The notes under the pieces: generated by a model
The model's input: the letters and a program-made list of their open reading frames with translations, nothing else
What the model was told of the DNA's origin: nothing
Database searches by the model: none
DNA from: Lama glama
Taxonomy: Eukaryota
Length of the DNA: 64,000 bases
NCBI GenBank assembly: GCA_028534125.1
Contig: CM052832.1
Span: forward strand, 11,596,001-11,660,000
Reading direction: 5' to 3'
Part shown: positions 36,401-50,760 of the stretch, piece after piece
Position numbering within the stretch: position 1 is the stretch's first letter
How the letters are laid out: every line of letters begins with the position of its first letter
Translations under genes and position numbers: made by a program

Positions 36401-38942
36401 CTTTACAGCAACCCTCAGTGTTCAGATGAGGAAACTGAAGCTCAGGGAAGTTAACAGGAGGGTACAGTCTGGTTGGGACCTGGACAGTCTGCCTCCAGAG
36501 CCTGTTCCTTGTACACCCTTGCCCTCCTCCTTGGCCATGTGAAATCATTGAATGGTTGGTCTGTCAGTGAACTTAGTAAATTGGTTCAGCTGGACTCTGG
36601 TCTGCTGGGAAATTCTGTTTTCTATTTCCCCTGGAACAGGCACGGGCATGCAGGCGTCTCCTGTGTTGTGCCTGGCTGAGCCAGCGCCTCCTCCCTTCCA
36701 GAAGTCCACCCCACCCTGCTTCTCATTTGGAAGTACAAAAAAGCAGAGGGTTGGGATGGAGGGGAACTATGAACCTTTCTCAACCTTCACCTCTGGTGTG
36801 CCGGGATCAGAAATGGGAAGGATTTGAGGGCTCCAGGTCTGCCAGAACTTTGAATAAGCACTTTCCATACATTCTTTAATTTAGCCTTGCTTACAACTCC
36901 CTTTTATAGATGAGGACAGTGAGGCTCGGAAAGGTAATATAATTTGCCCAGGATCTTACAGGGCAGGGTCAGGTTTCAAACTGAAGTGTGTTATATTCCA
37001 AAGTAGATGGGAATTCGCCAACAAGCATTTATTTAGCACCTGCTGTGTGCTGGACAGTGGGCAAGGCATTGCAAAGCTGAATTAGTGGAAGAAAGGAAAG
37101 GGGAGAGGATCCTAGCAGAGGGTGGGGAGGGACACTGCAGGCTTCATGCTGCGTCTCTTCAGTCCTTTGTCTCCTGGGGTGCAGTAGGGGTCACCCTAGG
37201 CCCTGCCTTTCCCTGGGGTACCTTATCCCTAACTGAGTTTTCTTAGACTGCTCACATAGCTGACCAGTTCCCAGAAGGCTCTTGGATCCCGCAGGCCTTC
37301 TTCACCTAAGCCCCAAACTGCGTTATCCTACAGGTTTTCCGTGTGTGCCAAATCTCTCTCCTTTTATTTTCTGGACCCTTTGTACTACCCCACACATACT
37401 CCAGTCTATAGTAGTAAGGCTAATCACAATTTTGAGGTTCTGACATTCTGTTATTAACACCAATCCTCCTCCTAAAATTAAAAAATACGACTGTGGGTCA
37501 TATAGTAGAATTACCTCCGACCAGAATGCTCAGAACAGGCACGTGACTTGACTGTTTTGGAGAACTGAGGGTTAACGTGAGAACCCCTTTTGTTTCCAGC
37601 CTTGTTGGAAATTGTAAAGCCCACTGGTCCGCTTAACAGCCTTTGTAAGTAAAAGGAACACAATAGATCTTTTGATTATCCAGGATCATGGAGGCCTCTG
37701 GGTCATTCGTTAGAAACTGAACTCTCACTGTCAAGGACTGCAGAAGTGGAAAGTGGAGAAGTTGGGTTTTTGAGAGGGAATGGAAGAAAGAGCTTCCTTC
37801 CTAAAGGCTTATTTTCTTACTTAAGTTTCGCTCAAAGTTGAAAGCAGCCAACTGAAAAAAAAAATTTCAAATTAATATATCTGCTTTAGTTAACTACTCC
37901 GGTTAGAGGTTTAACAGTGAAGGTGAATTTTTATTGAATCGTTTTGAGAGTTTTACTGGGGCCCTTAGGACGGTTACAGATGGCATGGTAATAGAGACTT
38001 ACTGGGGGTAGAGATTAGCTAGTGTTGAAAGGTTCTAGTGAGGGTGGGGGAGTCCTATAGGAGGGGTGCAAGGGAGGTGATGACGGCTGCTTCTAAGTAT
38101 TTTCCTGGGGGTTTGCCCTATTTACAGTCAGGCGTTTAAAAGAAACACAGCCCTCTGGTTTTGGATGCTGTGCTTGGCTGGCTCTGACCTCAGGCCAAGC
38201 TTTCATCTTGAACTTAGTTGTTTGCTGTTAGATTGGCCTCAGCCTCTGAACTCTGTGTGTGTGGTGGGGGAAGATGTGGGGGGGGGGCGGGTGTTGTGGA
38301 GGGCAGGGGGCAGGGAAGTACAAGGCTTTGGGGAGCAAGAAAGCTGGGTTCCTGAGATAAGCCCCCAAGAGAGTCTTTGTACAGGTTGGGATGCTTGATC
38401 CAAGTGGTTGACAAGAACTGAGTGGCCTGATCTGGGGTGATAGTGAGGTAGGTGAATCTAGGAATGCATGTGAAATAGGTTCACGTCCTGATGTTCCTTT
38501 TGGGGAGTGGAGAAGTTGGAGGAGAAGTTCCCTGGAGATTTCACAAAAGTCCCCTGGTCCCTGGTCATAAGATGCAAGAGTCCTGGTCTGTCTGTCCTCC
38601 CCAAGGATGAGTTGACATGGATAAGAGGACATTCCTGCCTCAGCAGGGATCTTTCTCCAAGTGCCACTTGACTCACCACTGCAGGCCCCTTGCTGTTGCT
38701 GAGTTACCATCGAGCAGTATATCGGATGGCCTTTATGGGTGGCCTCTGAAGACATGCCGTAATATCACCCTCATAGGTTGCTTGGAATAGTGCCTGGCAT
38801 ATAGTAAGTGCTCATGAAGCATTAGCTGCTGCTGCCACTGACCTCTTCTTAGATGGCCTACTATGTGATGGGGCCATCCATGCCCAAGTGTAGTGGGCAT
38901 AGAATCGGGGAGACCTTCTGAGAGCAGAAGAAATGACATTCC

Positions 38943-39297
38943 TTTTTTTATTATAGGAAAAACTAATAACAAAGTTTACCATCTTCACCTTTTCTGAGTG
39001 CTGTTCGGTAGCATTAAGTATATTCATCTTATTGTGAAACAGATCTCCAGAATTTTTTCATCTTGCCAAACTGCAACTCTACTAGACTCATTAAACAGCC
39101 CCCCCACCCCCACCCCCTCATCCCTGGTAGCTACCATTCTTTCTGTTCCTGTGAATTTGACTACTTTAGATACCTTACAGTATTTGTCTTTTTGTGTAAA
39201 GTGGTGCAGTCACCACGGAAAACACTATAGAGTTCCCTCAAAAAATCAAAATGAGAACGACCATAGGATCCAGCAGTCCCGCTCCTGGGTCTGTGTC
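38943..39297 (-). mobile_element. Intronic L1MB-type insertion with an apparently inverted 5' segment
   Basis: 38943-39196 is antisense L1 3' end. ~39197-39297 reads as sense L1 (AGTGGTGCAGTCACCACGGAAAACACTATAGAGTTCCCTCAAAAAATCAAAA...CCATAGGATCCAGCAGTCCCGCTCCTGGGT). Confidence 0.7.
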
Positions 39298-42200
39298 ATG
39301 CAGATTTGTAAAAAGCTAGACAAAGAAGGGAGGGTGGTGGATCTTTCTTGGTCACAGCCCTCAGGGAGGTGTAAAACTGCCTGATGGTCCTGAGCTGCAG
39401 CCACAGAGCAGACGGTGAGGGTCAGACGATGAAGCTCTCTGGGTTTAGCCAAAGAATTTGAACTCACCAGATTTTTGCAATTTTCATGTAGGGGAGTGAA
39501 CACATTTCATAACATTTTCTCTTATTTCACAGCTGTTTGCAACTTAAAAGAAGTGGAATATTCTACTCTAAATTAACGGCATTTCTGTGGGCTGATCCTG
39601 TTACCCCTGGGTGTTTTGATAAGGGTGCCTCCTCCCTTTCTCCTTCCGATGTGATGGAGGGGGGTTTTTCCGCCAAAGCTCACACATCTCACAGCCCCCT
39701 GAAAAGCCCATCCACGCTCCCTCACACCCATCTTCCAGTCAGGGCACCTCTCTTCCTTCCATGAGCCCCATTTGGAGGTCCAGGTATGGGTCCCCTCCAT
39801 TTGATGACCTTCCCAGATTGTACCTTAGTTGCCCCTTTAGGTAACTGTGGGGACGGTGTACTCCAGCTCTGCACAGCTGCCTGAGGCTTCTCCACTTGTT
39901 GTGAGCAGTTAATCTGGTTCCCGAATCTCAGAGACCTGGGCAAAGTTAGGGGCTCAGAGAGGGTCCTTCTCTGTCAGCTGTCATTTCTGTGTGTGCTGAA
40001 GCCTCAGAAACCAGACGGGGTTTTAGTCCTGGGGAGCTCAGTCTAGCTGGGGAGAGAAACGGGGCCATGGTGGTGAAATGAGGGGAAATACAGTCCTGGT
40101 GCTGAGTGCTGAGTTGCAGATGGTGAGGCTGGTGGGACAGACGAGGGTCAGAGGGCCTCAGAGGATTCAGTTCCTGTTTGCTGAGGCTTGTGGAACTCCT
40201 TGGCCTGTAGGGGATCTGGCTCTGAACAAAACATAGCCCCTGCCCTCAGGGAGCCCCTAACCTCAGGAAAGGTAAGGAGCTTGCTACCTGAGTGATGTTG
40301 GTGGGTACACCTGGAGGTTCCAAGCGAGTACCACTGAGAGATTAATTTCTGCTCTTGAACTTAAAGAAGCGGGGATCTGAGCCAGGCTGGAGGGACAAGC
40401 GGCCTGAACAGCAGTCCCTGTGAGCTCTCTGCTCATACCTCCTATGTGCCAGGCATTGGGCTAGTTCTTGATCTGCATCTCATTGAACCAGTCCTGTGTG
40501 TTAGGTGTTATAGCTCTGCCTGTTGTCTAGGAAACTGGAGGCCAGGGGCCTGGGGCTACATGGCTTTCTAGAGGCTCAGATCCCCTCCCCTAAACACACA
40601 CACTCCCCACCGCCTTGCTGACTTTAGAGCTTGGAGCCTGATCATGAATGGAGATAGAGCCAGGAGGTGGATGTGATGGGAGTGGGCTGGGATTGGGGGC
40701 CAGGGTGGGGGTGACTCCAGCTACAGTTACTGAGCACTTGCTCAGCCACAGGCAGAGGGAACCAATTACGTGTATCATCTCATCGTCCTCACAGCAACCC
40801 TCTGCTTCAGGGACTCTTAGCGGCACTGCACTGCTGGCCGGGGAGCAACAGAGTAGACCATACAAGTTCAGTCATTTGCCCAAGGCTGTAGAGTAGAAGA
40901 ATGGGGGCTTGAACATTCTGCTCTAAGTGAGGTGGAAAGATGGAAAAAACAAGGAGCAAGGGCCTAGAGATGGGAAATTACAGGGCACATGTGGTATCTT
41001 CAGAAACTTGGGGTACATAGGGTGGATCTTGGGATGATTAATTAGCTGTTATGACCTTGAGCAAGTCAGTCTCCTTGTCTGTGAAGTGGGACAGTAGCAC
41101 AGTATTGCCCTCCTGCCTGCAGAATCTATATAAACACAGTTGACTGAATGCCTAGCACATGCAGCTGGTGATCTGCTGTGTGTTAGCTACTGTCCCAGTA
41201 CCCTGTCTCTCGGGGGGGGGGGCTGTTCCTGACACCCACTTCAGGCCTCACCACACATTGAGCTCCCAATCTGGAGATGGAGACTCAGATGATAAAACCC
41301 ACCAGAGTCACCCACCATTTTCCATATCCTGCAAGTTCACCCATCACCCCCCCCTCAAAAGAGTTAATGGTCAGCACCAGAAAGCTGGGAAAGTGTACTT
41401 CCTCTTCTCTTCCAGCAGAGCCCTGCTCCCTCCCCCTGGAGAAGAGAGCAAGGCTTTGTGTGCTCTGTCCTGCTTGGCCTTGGTTAAACCTTTTCCCTTC
41501 TGGAAGATTCTTGGGTCTGGATGGTCTCACGGGTGTGTCCTCCCTGGAGGGTGGTCACGCAGGATGTGGGGTCAGAGTTGTGCCCTCCTTGGGGGCAGAC
41601 ACCCCCATCTCCCCTTTCAGCGGGCCCTTGGTAGCCAGGTCACTTTGATTGGCTTTGAAGTGTCCATTCTGTTTTTCCCCTCCTCTATCTAAATATTTGG
41701 GTTTCCTGCTGTAATATTTAGGCAGGATTGTGTACTTCTGGCTGTTGTCACCTCCCATGGTGCACTGTAATCTGGCCACAGCTGCCTCGCCGGCCCCTCC
41801 CATTAGGGAGAGGCTTGCCCCCAGGCTAGATGAGAAACTGTGGAGGGGGTAACCTAGGGGGCAGGGCCAGCTTGGCTGTTCCTGTAGCCTGGTGGCTGGC
41901 CCTGTGGGGCCCAGGTAGGGAGGACACAGTGGAGTCCCTCCCTTTGTGTGACCGCTGCTTGGGGCTGGAGCTGGGGCCGGGACCCCCTTCTGTCAACCGC
42001 TGTGGGGGGAATAGCTGACTCTAACTGGGCTCTGATTGTCCCCACAGTCTGGTTTGTGCTGTGTGACCCTGGTCACATTTCACCTCTTCATACACCACTT
42101 CCTTGGAGTAAATTCATCCATTCATTCCAGAAGGCTTGGAGGACCTGTTAAATTAGGCCCAGCCAGACAGCGGGAGCTCTGCGTGGGCGAGGCCCATCTC

Positions 42201-45200
42201 CCCAGCCTTGGCCCTGCACTCCCAGTTCTTAGCTCAGTAAGTGGCTTGCCCAGAATATGTCAGTTGGCCTCCGGTGCCCAGTGGTGTGCCTGGCTCTGGG
42301 CGGGGATGCCAAGAGCCACATGGACCTTTGGGTTGGAAGTCTATTCAGGAGGGGCCAAGCAAGGCCAAGGTGGTTACCTGGGTGAACTGAGCCAGGTCAG
42401 GCTCTGGCCCCAGAGAGCAGAACACCTTAGCAAAATTTACTCCTACCTCCCCTTCCAGCGGTGGGGGGTTGGGGGGGTGGGGAGCCAAGTTGCCAGGTGG
42501 TCAAGGACAGGTTTTCAAGTCACACTGCCTTAGTAAGCTGTGCAACCCAGAGCATGTGGCTTCATCAGCAAGTTGGAGCAATGATGCCCATCTCACTGGG
42601 CATGGAGACGGCAGGAGAACATGCGTGGAGGGCACATTCGCCATGGCTTCCAGCTCTTGAGTTACTCTTTAAGACCAGTTCACTGTTATCTTCTCCTTTT
42701 GGAGTGACTTTACAAAACAAGCAGCTTCCTCTCTGGGTCTGTTTATCTCCAGGAATCCCCTTTCCTCCTTTCCCCTGGGAATAACATGTAGCAGGCCTGT
42801 CTTTCCCCAGAGTAGGTGGTTTCTGCTTCCAAGGAACTTGAGACATAGCAGAGGTCCAGTCCTTCTCTAGATATTTTCCAAGCACATCCTATATTCCAAG
42901 GCCTGTGTGAAACCTGCTGCAGAGAGAATGAGCCATCCCTGCCTTTGAGGGAATGTCTTCAGACCACACAGTGCGGAAACCACCAGGGCATGGGGATGTG
43001 CTGGGGGAGGGAAGCAACACCCCGCCTGCCCCTTCCTTGTGGGAACTGTTGTTTGATCTTCAGAGCATTCTGAGGAGGGGGAGGAGGAAGGCTGGGCTGT
43101 TTGCAGGGGATTAGGGCATGTCCCTAGCCCTTTGGCATGACCAGAGCCTGCCTTGGGCCTTGTTGGCCTCAGGGGATGGAGTTGGGGTGTTGCACAGTGT
43201 TGCCTGCAGCACCTGGGTGATCTCTAAGAAGCTTGCAGATTCACAGGCTTTGCACCCTCCCCAAATCCCCACCCTTGGCCTTGCCATGGGTTTCTGCAGA
43301 CCCATTCATCTGGGGCACCTTCATATGACCTCTGTGAGGTCTGGTATTGAAATGTCATCCCATTTGCTAGATGGGAAAACTGAGGCCTGATGAGAAGCTG
43401 GGAAGGACTATATCTAGAAACAAGCTCAGGTTAAACTAGTTCTGCTTGCCCAGGCACAGAGCCTTTCTTCACCACACCATTTGTCACCCCACCTCTAATT
43501 CCCTTTTGAGTGGCCTTTAAATCAAAACCTTGATGTGCACAGCGCTTACTCTATACTTAACGCTAACCTGGCCTGCCTGATTTCTGCAACACCCAGCTCA
43601 CCCTTTCCTTGAGACCTGACTTCCCCACCCACTGGTGAGTTTTTCTGGGAAAAGAAGCAAAGATTGAAATTGTGGTGAATGCCAGGCTCAGAAAGGAGGG
43701 TTTTTTCGGGGCCATCCAGAGCCTGGGGCAGAAGTGAGCTGATGGTTCCCCAGGGAGTTTCTCCATCACAGGACCCTGCTCCCAGGTGTTTGAGCCCAAG
43801 GAGCTGTTGTTGGCTGGTTTCTTGGGAGCCCAGAGCCCAGCCACATTGGAGGCTGGCAGGGGTGGCTGATGGGGGAGGAGGGTCAGGCTCTGGGCACCAC
43901 TCCTGGCAGCAAATCATAAAATGTGAGGCTGGAGGGAGCTTAGTGGTTATCTAACTGGCCTCCCTTTACAGCTCTGGAGCCAAGGCCCAGACCTTGGGAG
44001 GTTATATAACTTTTCCAAGGTTACTCTGCTCACCAGGATGGGGAAATACAATAAAGGAGTAGGTAGAGCTAATTGGGGCAAGTAGGGGAGGCTTCTTGGA
44101 AGCAGTGGCCACAGGAGGTGGAAGGTGTTCACTGCCGCAGCAGTCAGGGATCCCAGTGGAGTCAGATTAGGACCCCCGACTCAGAAATCCCTCCATGGCT
44201 TCTCCCCCAGACAGAGCCAGTCCTTGCAGTGGCCCAAGTGATTTGGACTCTGCTCCCTGTGCAGTCTCGGCTCTTTCTGAAGCCCTACCCTTGACCCCAG
44301 TCAGCTACTGTACAGACTGCGGGCCCTCCCCTGAGGGTAAGGAGGCATTTTAAACCCCTGCATGCTCATAGCAAGTTTCAACTTTTACCAAGACTCAGGG
44401 CTAGGTCCACTGATAAATTACCCTGCGAGTGGTGGCAGAGGGAGGCGTTCCAGCAGTCACACAACAGCAGTGACCCTGGCTGGCACCTGGTGAAGGGGAG
44501 GCAGACAGGAATCATTGCCACACCATGTGGACTCCCAACAGTGGGAAGATAGGCATTGAAGGGAAACTCGTTTTGCAGATAAAGCAACTGAGGCCGAGAG
44601 ATTAAATAAATTATTCACGGTCACACCTATGCTTCGTGGCCTGAACCCAGGCCTTCCGAGTCCGGCAGTAGAGCCCTGCAGAGTTGCCCCATGTAGACTC
44701 CCTGGTGTCCTCAATCAGCGCCTGTTTGCCTGACAGTACTAGGCCACCAGCCCCTCCTTGAGATTTGATCTTCTCCTTGGGCCCCCTTGGCCCCAGCTCC
44801 TCGGAAGTGCTCCGTGCATGCTTGCTGGCTGAGCCCTGCTCTCTTCAGCCTTTGTGGGTTCTAGCACTATTTCCTGACCATATTGACCATATATAGGTTG
44901 GTTTGCCATTTTCAGCATGAAAAGTTTTAAAGCAGGAAAATCTGGGTTAGGTAAGTAGGTGGCACAGCTCAGAGTAGGGGCTGTCACCTCCATCCCTGTC
45001 CCCCAGACCCGCTCCCCTGTCATCCTTACAGACCTATCATACCCTGGGCCTTCACTGCAGGATTTGTGAGTCAGGGAACTGAGGGACCAAGCCCTCAAGA
45101 AAGAATCAGGGAGCTGGAGGGGGAGGCTCAATTTGCCCCTTGGCTATGGGGTTCCTGTCTGAGTCCCCACATTACCTGCCGCCTCCCTGGCAGCTAAGCC

Positions 45201-48059
45201 TACACTTGTGACACTTCCTCACTTGGCTTACCCAGGGCTAACCCCTAGTAGGACTGTGGTCTGCACCTTGGTAGGAAACCACTTTCATCTCGCCTTGCTC
45301 CTGACGTGTAAGCACCACTCAGGTTGGCCCGCAGGACTGGGGACAGAGAGACTGGCTCTTTTGCAGCATGCCGGACCCCGGGGACCCTGGGGCATGCCCT
45401 TCTTGGAATTGAACGTTTATTTTGGCTTGGGTGCCCCTGGTATCAAATGCAAGGTTCTTGTTCCTCCCATGCCCCTAGGTTCAGGATGGCACCTGTTCAT
45501 AGAACCTCTGGAGGAGAAGGAACGGCAGCCCCATTCCCTCCCCATAGCTCCTGTTCAAATAAAGCTCTCGCCTCCTGGGTCATGGAATGCATCCTGACAC
45601 TGTTAGCTTTGGAAGGGTGCCATCCCGCCCCCTTTGGAATAGTGGTGGAAGGGCTGCCTTTGGCCCAGGGAGAGTGCTGAGTGCGCTAAGCTGATGCAGG
45701 CTGATTCAGTCATGTCTTGTCAGCACCCCCTGGGGAGCAGGAAAAGGGAGGGTGTCCTGATTATCAGCTTTTCAACACCCCACCTCCACCTCCCAGACTC
45801 TAGCCGCAGTCCTGAGATCTACTGATGAGTGGTCCAGTGACTGGGGACTAGAAGACAGCCCAGGTCTTGGGCCTGGCTCAGCTGACTTGCTGTGTGACTA
45901 GGACAGGTCACTGTCCTTCTCTGAGCCAAGGACTTGCTCACTAAGGCCAATTAAGATTCTTCCTGAGCTCCAGCTGTGTGCCCAGTGCTGGATGAAGGGT
46001 TGTGGGGATTGTGAGAAGAAGTTGACATTTTCCTTGTCTTTGAGGTTGGGGTGGGTCCCTGCAGAGCATATTAAGGATTAGTATTAAGTAGGGCTGCGGC
46101 ATGTTGTAGGGGCTTAGGTGCTAAAAGGTAGAAATGTCATAAGCTGGGGCTATCAGGGAAGGCTCCCCTGACCCTAGGGGTTGCTTTGCTTTGAGCCCCA
46201 TCATTCTCTGGGCACTTCCTTCCCCCTAGTGTTGCACTGGGGGTTTTTCCTTGTCTGCACTCCTCCTCCCTCCCTCCCACCGGGCCCTCAGCTGTGCCCC
46301 ACTGGATCCCAAACCTAGCACTGTGTAAGAGGGTAATGATTAATAAACGTCCCAAACCATGAAGCTGTCTCTCTCTCCTCTGGCCTCTATCCCACCAGCC
46401 CCCAAAACCCAAAGGTAGGACTATCACAGTTCACCTCCAGTCTGGATAACTCCTGTCCCTAACTCTTCCAGTGGGGGCCATGCCCTCACCCTGCTGCCCA
46501 CCATGTGCCCAGTGCCCCGTTCCCTGGGGATACTCTGTCCTCTGTTGGGACAGATCGATGGGTTCTCTGGGGAGGCGCACCTGCTTGGACCCAGGGCTGT
46601 CTCCTAGCCGCCACGTCAGGGCAACCTCTGAGTCATGGGTTGGGGTGGGGGCACTTTTGGGTCCTGTTCTAGAAAGTTCCGTCTCCACCGAGCCAGGGTT
46701 TCAGAGTTCACAGGTCTCAGTTTTGGCACGCCCTCTCTTTTTGGAATGCCTCGGGGCTCAGAGCTGCCTGTGGTCAGATCCACTGTCTGTTTCACCTGCT
46801 CTGTTGGGGTCGTTGTGTACATGTCTTTAAATCTCCCCTTCCCTAAGCCAGTTTCCGTCTTGGTACGTGCACTTCACTCCCTCCACTACCCCCCGCTGCT
46901 CTGCACACAGTTTAATCCCCGTTTATTGACTGATCTGGTTGGTGGGCTGTGTCTGGCCTGTGGAATGGGAGACCCGCAGACAGACCAGCAGGGCACCTGC
47001 TGCCAGGCCCTGGGGTGAGGGTGGGTTCTCAGTGCTTCAGTTGGGAGCTTCTCTTTGGAGTTTCTCGGTGGGGCTGAGCCATGAGCCAGACAGACGGCAA
47101 GTGAGACAAAAACAAGACGGGGGCTGGGGCAGTGGGAGACTCCGGTTTCACGGGTGGTGCTGCGTTAGCGTTGAATCATAGAAACGCGATGTAAAAACAG
47201 AAGGCAGGCAGCACTGAGTTGGAGGCAGAGTTATTGATGCCTTTTTCTTTCTCTGCTTCCCCAGTTTTCTGAAATGCTGTTATATTGCCTTCAAAACAAA
47301 GAAATCGAGCTTTCTGAAAGGGTAAGATATACGCGTATAGCACCAGCCATAAAATATTGGGTATTTTTAATGTTTGAGGCACACAAAGCACAAATAAATG
47401 TGGTTTTAACGGAGCATACTCTGAAAACTGGAGTCGTTTCTGGAAAACTGGAATTATTATTTTTCAACTTAACTGCAGGAGAGGTGACTCCCTGGGCAGC
47501 AGTGCTGTTGAACACTTTGAGGGGAAGGGTCTCCAAGACTGGGGAAACCAGGCGGGCTTTCAGTCTGCAGACCAAGAAGTCGGAGATTGGACGTGGTATG
47601 ACAGTCACCAGGAAGAGAGTGTGGTTCCCCAGGAGAGGCCTGGCAGAGCTGGGGGAGCCCCAGGGCTGCCCCTAGTGTTGGGGTCAGTGTCCCCTACAAG
47701 GGAGGGGGTCCTTCAGAGACCCACGGACAAGTATCGTCTTGGCCTCTGTGTGCATTCAGCTCTTCCAGTTCCCACGGGGGCCCAAGAAGACATGCTTTGT
47801 CTCTTGGCTTAACAAAAAATGCAAACACACGTAAGATTTGGGATAGCCCAGGACTGTGCATGCAATTCAGAGTCAAGAGGCTGCTGCTGACCCCGGCCCA
47901 AGGCTTGGGTGAAGCCGAGGGTCAGAGGTGGGGTGGGGACAGGGAGGCAGACCCTGCCTAGGTAGGATGTGTTGTGTTTGACTGCATCAGTATGGTACTT
48001 ACCACCCACGGGTCGCTAATTTGTTTTATTTTAACATGATGTTACTGTTGTGGTTGTTT

Positions 48060-48197
48060 AATTTTTAATTAAAATTAATAAAATTAGAGTTTAGTTCCTC
48101 AGTCACACTAGCCACACTCCAAGGGCTCAGAAGCCACATGGGACTGTTCCGTTATAGAACATTCCATCAGCACAGAGAGTTCTATTCTGCAGCGCTG
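48060..48197. mobile_element. MER3-like hAT DNA transposon fragment
   Basis: TTAGTTCCTCAGTCACACTAGCCACA...AGCCACATG...TAGAACATTCCATCAGCACAGAGAGTTCTATT...CAGCGCTG. Confidence 0.7.
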
Positions 48198-50629
48198 GAT
48201 TGGTGATGCGATCTGTTGTGGCTTCTGACGCTACAGCAGCTTCTCCGGCTGTCTAGTCAAGTTCCATTCCTGCTCTGGAGTGGGTGAGGGTAGAGCTGGC
48301 TGGCAGCCTTGGAGCAGGGAGGGTGGTGCGCTAAGAACCTGAAGGAGGGGTTTCCCCGTCCCACCCAGTCCCGCCCACTGGGAAGCTTGCAGGCTCCTGA
48401 GGGAGCATCCCCACGTGTCTGGTTCATAGGAAGCATGGGTCCGCTGGGGTCTATTGACTGCCCTGCCCGCTCAGTCCCATCAGACGAGGATGAGTGTGTA
48501 TTTATTTGATGGGAGTTGATTCTTAGTGTCCCATGTCCTGCAGCACTGGTCAGCCTTGCCTTTCTTGGAGCTGGGGCCAGGCTGTAGAAAGTGGGACATT
48601 TTTGGTGCATCTCCGATTGTCGGTCAGAGTCTCAGGTCCTTATAAGTGCCTGTTCTGACTCCAGCCCCTCAGCCCACCCCAATCCCCTGGAGGAAAGCCT
48701 GTTCCTTAAGGTTCAGGGTCACCGATCTGATGAATCTGTGGACCGCATGGGCACATCTCTCCTTTGGGGTGAAAACTGAACATACCATCCTGCCATAAAT
48801 CGAGAAACAGTGGGAGGAGGGGTGACTGATGAAATCTGTGGGTTACTTCTAGGGTTACATGGTGGGGGTCCCAGGCCAGAGAAGGTGGAAGACGCAGGAG
48901 TCGGGGTAGGGAGGAGGGGCAGGCAGTTTTCAGAGCAGGGGAGCATCTGACTGGGAGGTTGCTCTGGTCTAGTGTGTTAGTGTCTTTGAGCCTCCATTTC
49001 TCCACCTGTGTTTGGGTTTCTTGTCCTGCTTCGTGCCCAGTTACCTGAACTTGAAAGGGGGCATGGCACAGACCCCGAGACTGTCCTGGCCTCACCATTG
49101 GCTTTTCTGCTGCTTTCTTGTGCTGTCTTCCTCTGTCGTGTAACTCCTCCCACCTGCCTGCATATCGCTTGTTAGGTCCTTCTGGACGGGGCCTGTGCCT
49201 TGCCCTCCCTTTGCTTTGCCCACAGCGTCAGGGTACCTGGCCGGTGCCTGGCAAATACTTAAGGAGTCAATCTCCCTGACTGAGTAGTGGGAGGAAGGCT
49301 TGTCCAGGACGCTGGTCCCATCTTTCCTTGGGCTAACTTGGTCGGGTGGGTGGTTCTGTATGAGGGTTGGTGGCTGGTGCCTGGCTGGACCCAAAGAGGG
49401 GAGTGTCCCAAGGCCCTGAGGTGGGAGTGAGGGTGACAGAGCCCTGTTCCCATCTTGTCCTTCTCACCCTGCTCTTCCTGGGAGGTGATGCATGGGGAAG
49501 AGGGCAGGCTGTGTCCTGGAAGCCCACTGCCAGGTCTCTGGTTTAGCCCTCAGCAGCCCAGATCTGAGGCCATCGCCAGCAGATGTGAGGGTAAATGAAC
49601 CTCCCTTGACCAGCCTGAGAAGCGGCCACCCCAGCTGCTACTCAGTGTTTCTTGGGAAACGGGGTTCCGTGAGGGGACAGGATGCAGCCACTTGAGGAGT
49701 GGGTCTCGCTCCCCTGCTGACCCTTGTGTGACTTGGAAATCTGGTGGCATTTGCTTTCCTGTATTTGAGCCTCCCCTGGCCACACACAGTGCAGTTTTAA
49801 GCAAGAAAATGCTCTTGCTTGAAATCCCACCCTGGTGAATGAGAGCAAGAGAGGACGTGTGTGGAAGGCATGGTCCCGGTTCTGCCTCTAGAGTGTCACC
49901 ACAGGGCTGTCTCAGAGTCTAGTGTCTCCCGCTGCACCATCAGGAGAGTTTCCATTTCCTGTGGCCCCGCCTGCCCTGGTCCTGGGCCCCAGGCTGAAGG
50001 ACAGGAGGTTTTTCTAACCCCCACACCCTCCTTCACTTCAGCCCAGCCTGTCTGTGCGAGGAGGTCTGGCGGTACTTTTCCATACCTTCAGCACAGACAG
50101 CTCTGTGTTTCCTCACCCTGGTCATGCCCCAGGCAGCCAGGGATGGGAGCTGGGTGGGGAACTGCCCCGCAGGGTGGAAAAGGCAGAGGTGGCTGTGTCT
50201 TGGTGCTTTTGTGACAATCTGGGCAGCAAAGGCTGGAGGGGGGCACACATCGCACATACCAGGCTCCCTTCCATTTCCCACACTATTGGGGACTCCTTTA
50301 TGTCTCACCTGTATGATCTCCAAATGTGGGCCTTGGCGACCAGAGCCCCTGGTGCAACTGGTATAGTGAAAGATCAGTGTCCAGGAGTCTGGGGCATGGG
50401 GAGTCTGCCCTTTAGGGCAAAACCCCTCCTTGCATCTGGCTCAGTGATTTTCCACAGTTGTCAGCATCGTGGTCTTGGCTGTTGTCTCTAATTGTGACTC
50501 AGTCTTCCGACAGGATTTGATCTGGGATTGAGGGCCATAGAGGCAGAAGGCTCCCCACTCTGCAAAAAGTACCATCCATCCCAAAATGCCCAGGCCAGTT
50601 CACTGGTGGTTTCTTGTACAATTTATTCC

Positions 50630-50760
50630 AGAGGCGATGGAGACCAGCTGTTGTCCGTCCCCAGCTGGAGACTGAACCAAAGGAAATGGGCTTGGACTGT
50701 AGCCGGAGGGATTTAGGTTAGAGTCAGACAATAAGGAAGGGTTTTGTGACAGGTGGTTGG
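50630..50760 (+). mobile_element. CR1/L3 3' fragment
   Basis: AACCAAAGGAAATGGGCTTGGACTGTAGCCGGAGGGATTTAGGTTAGA...AAGGAAG resembles the CR1 ORF2 end. Confidence 0.5.

Noticed and set aside
45719..45740. CTCF- or REST-like motif TCAGCACCCCCTGGGGAGC
   Set aside because: Only a partial match to either consensus; not supportable without PWM scoring or ChIP data.
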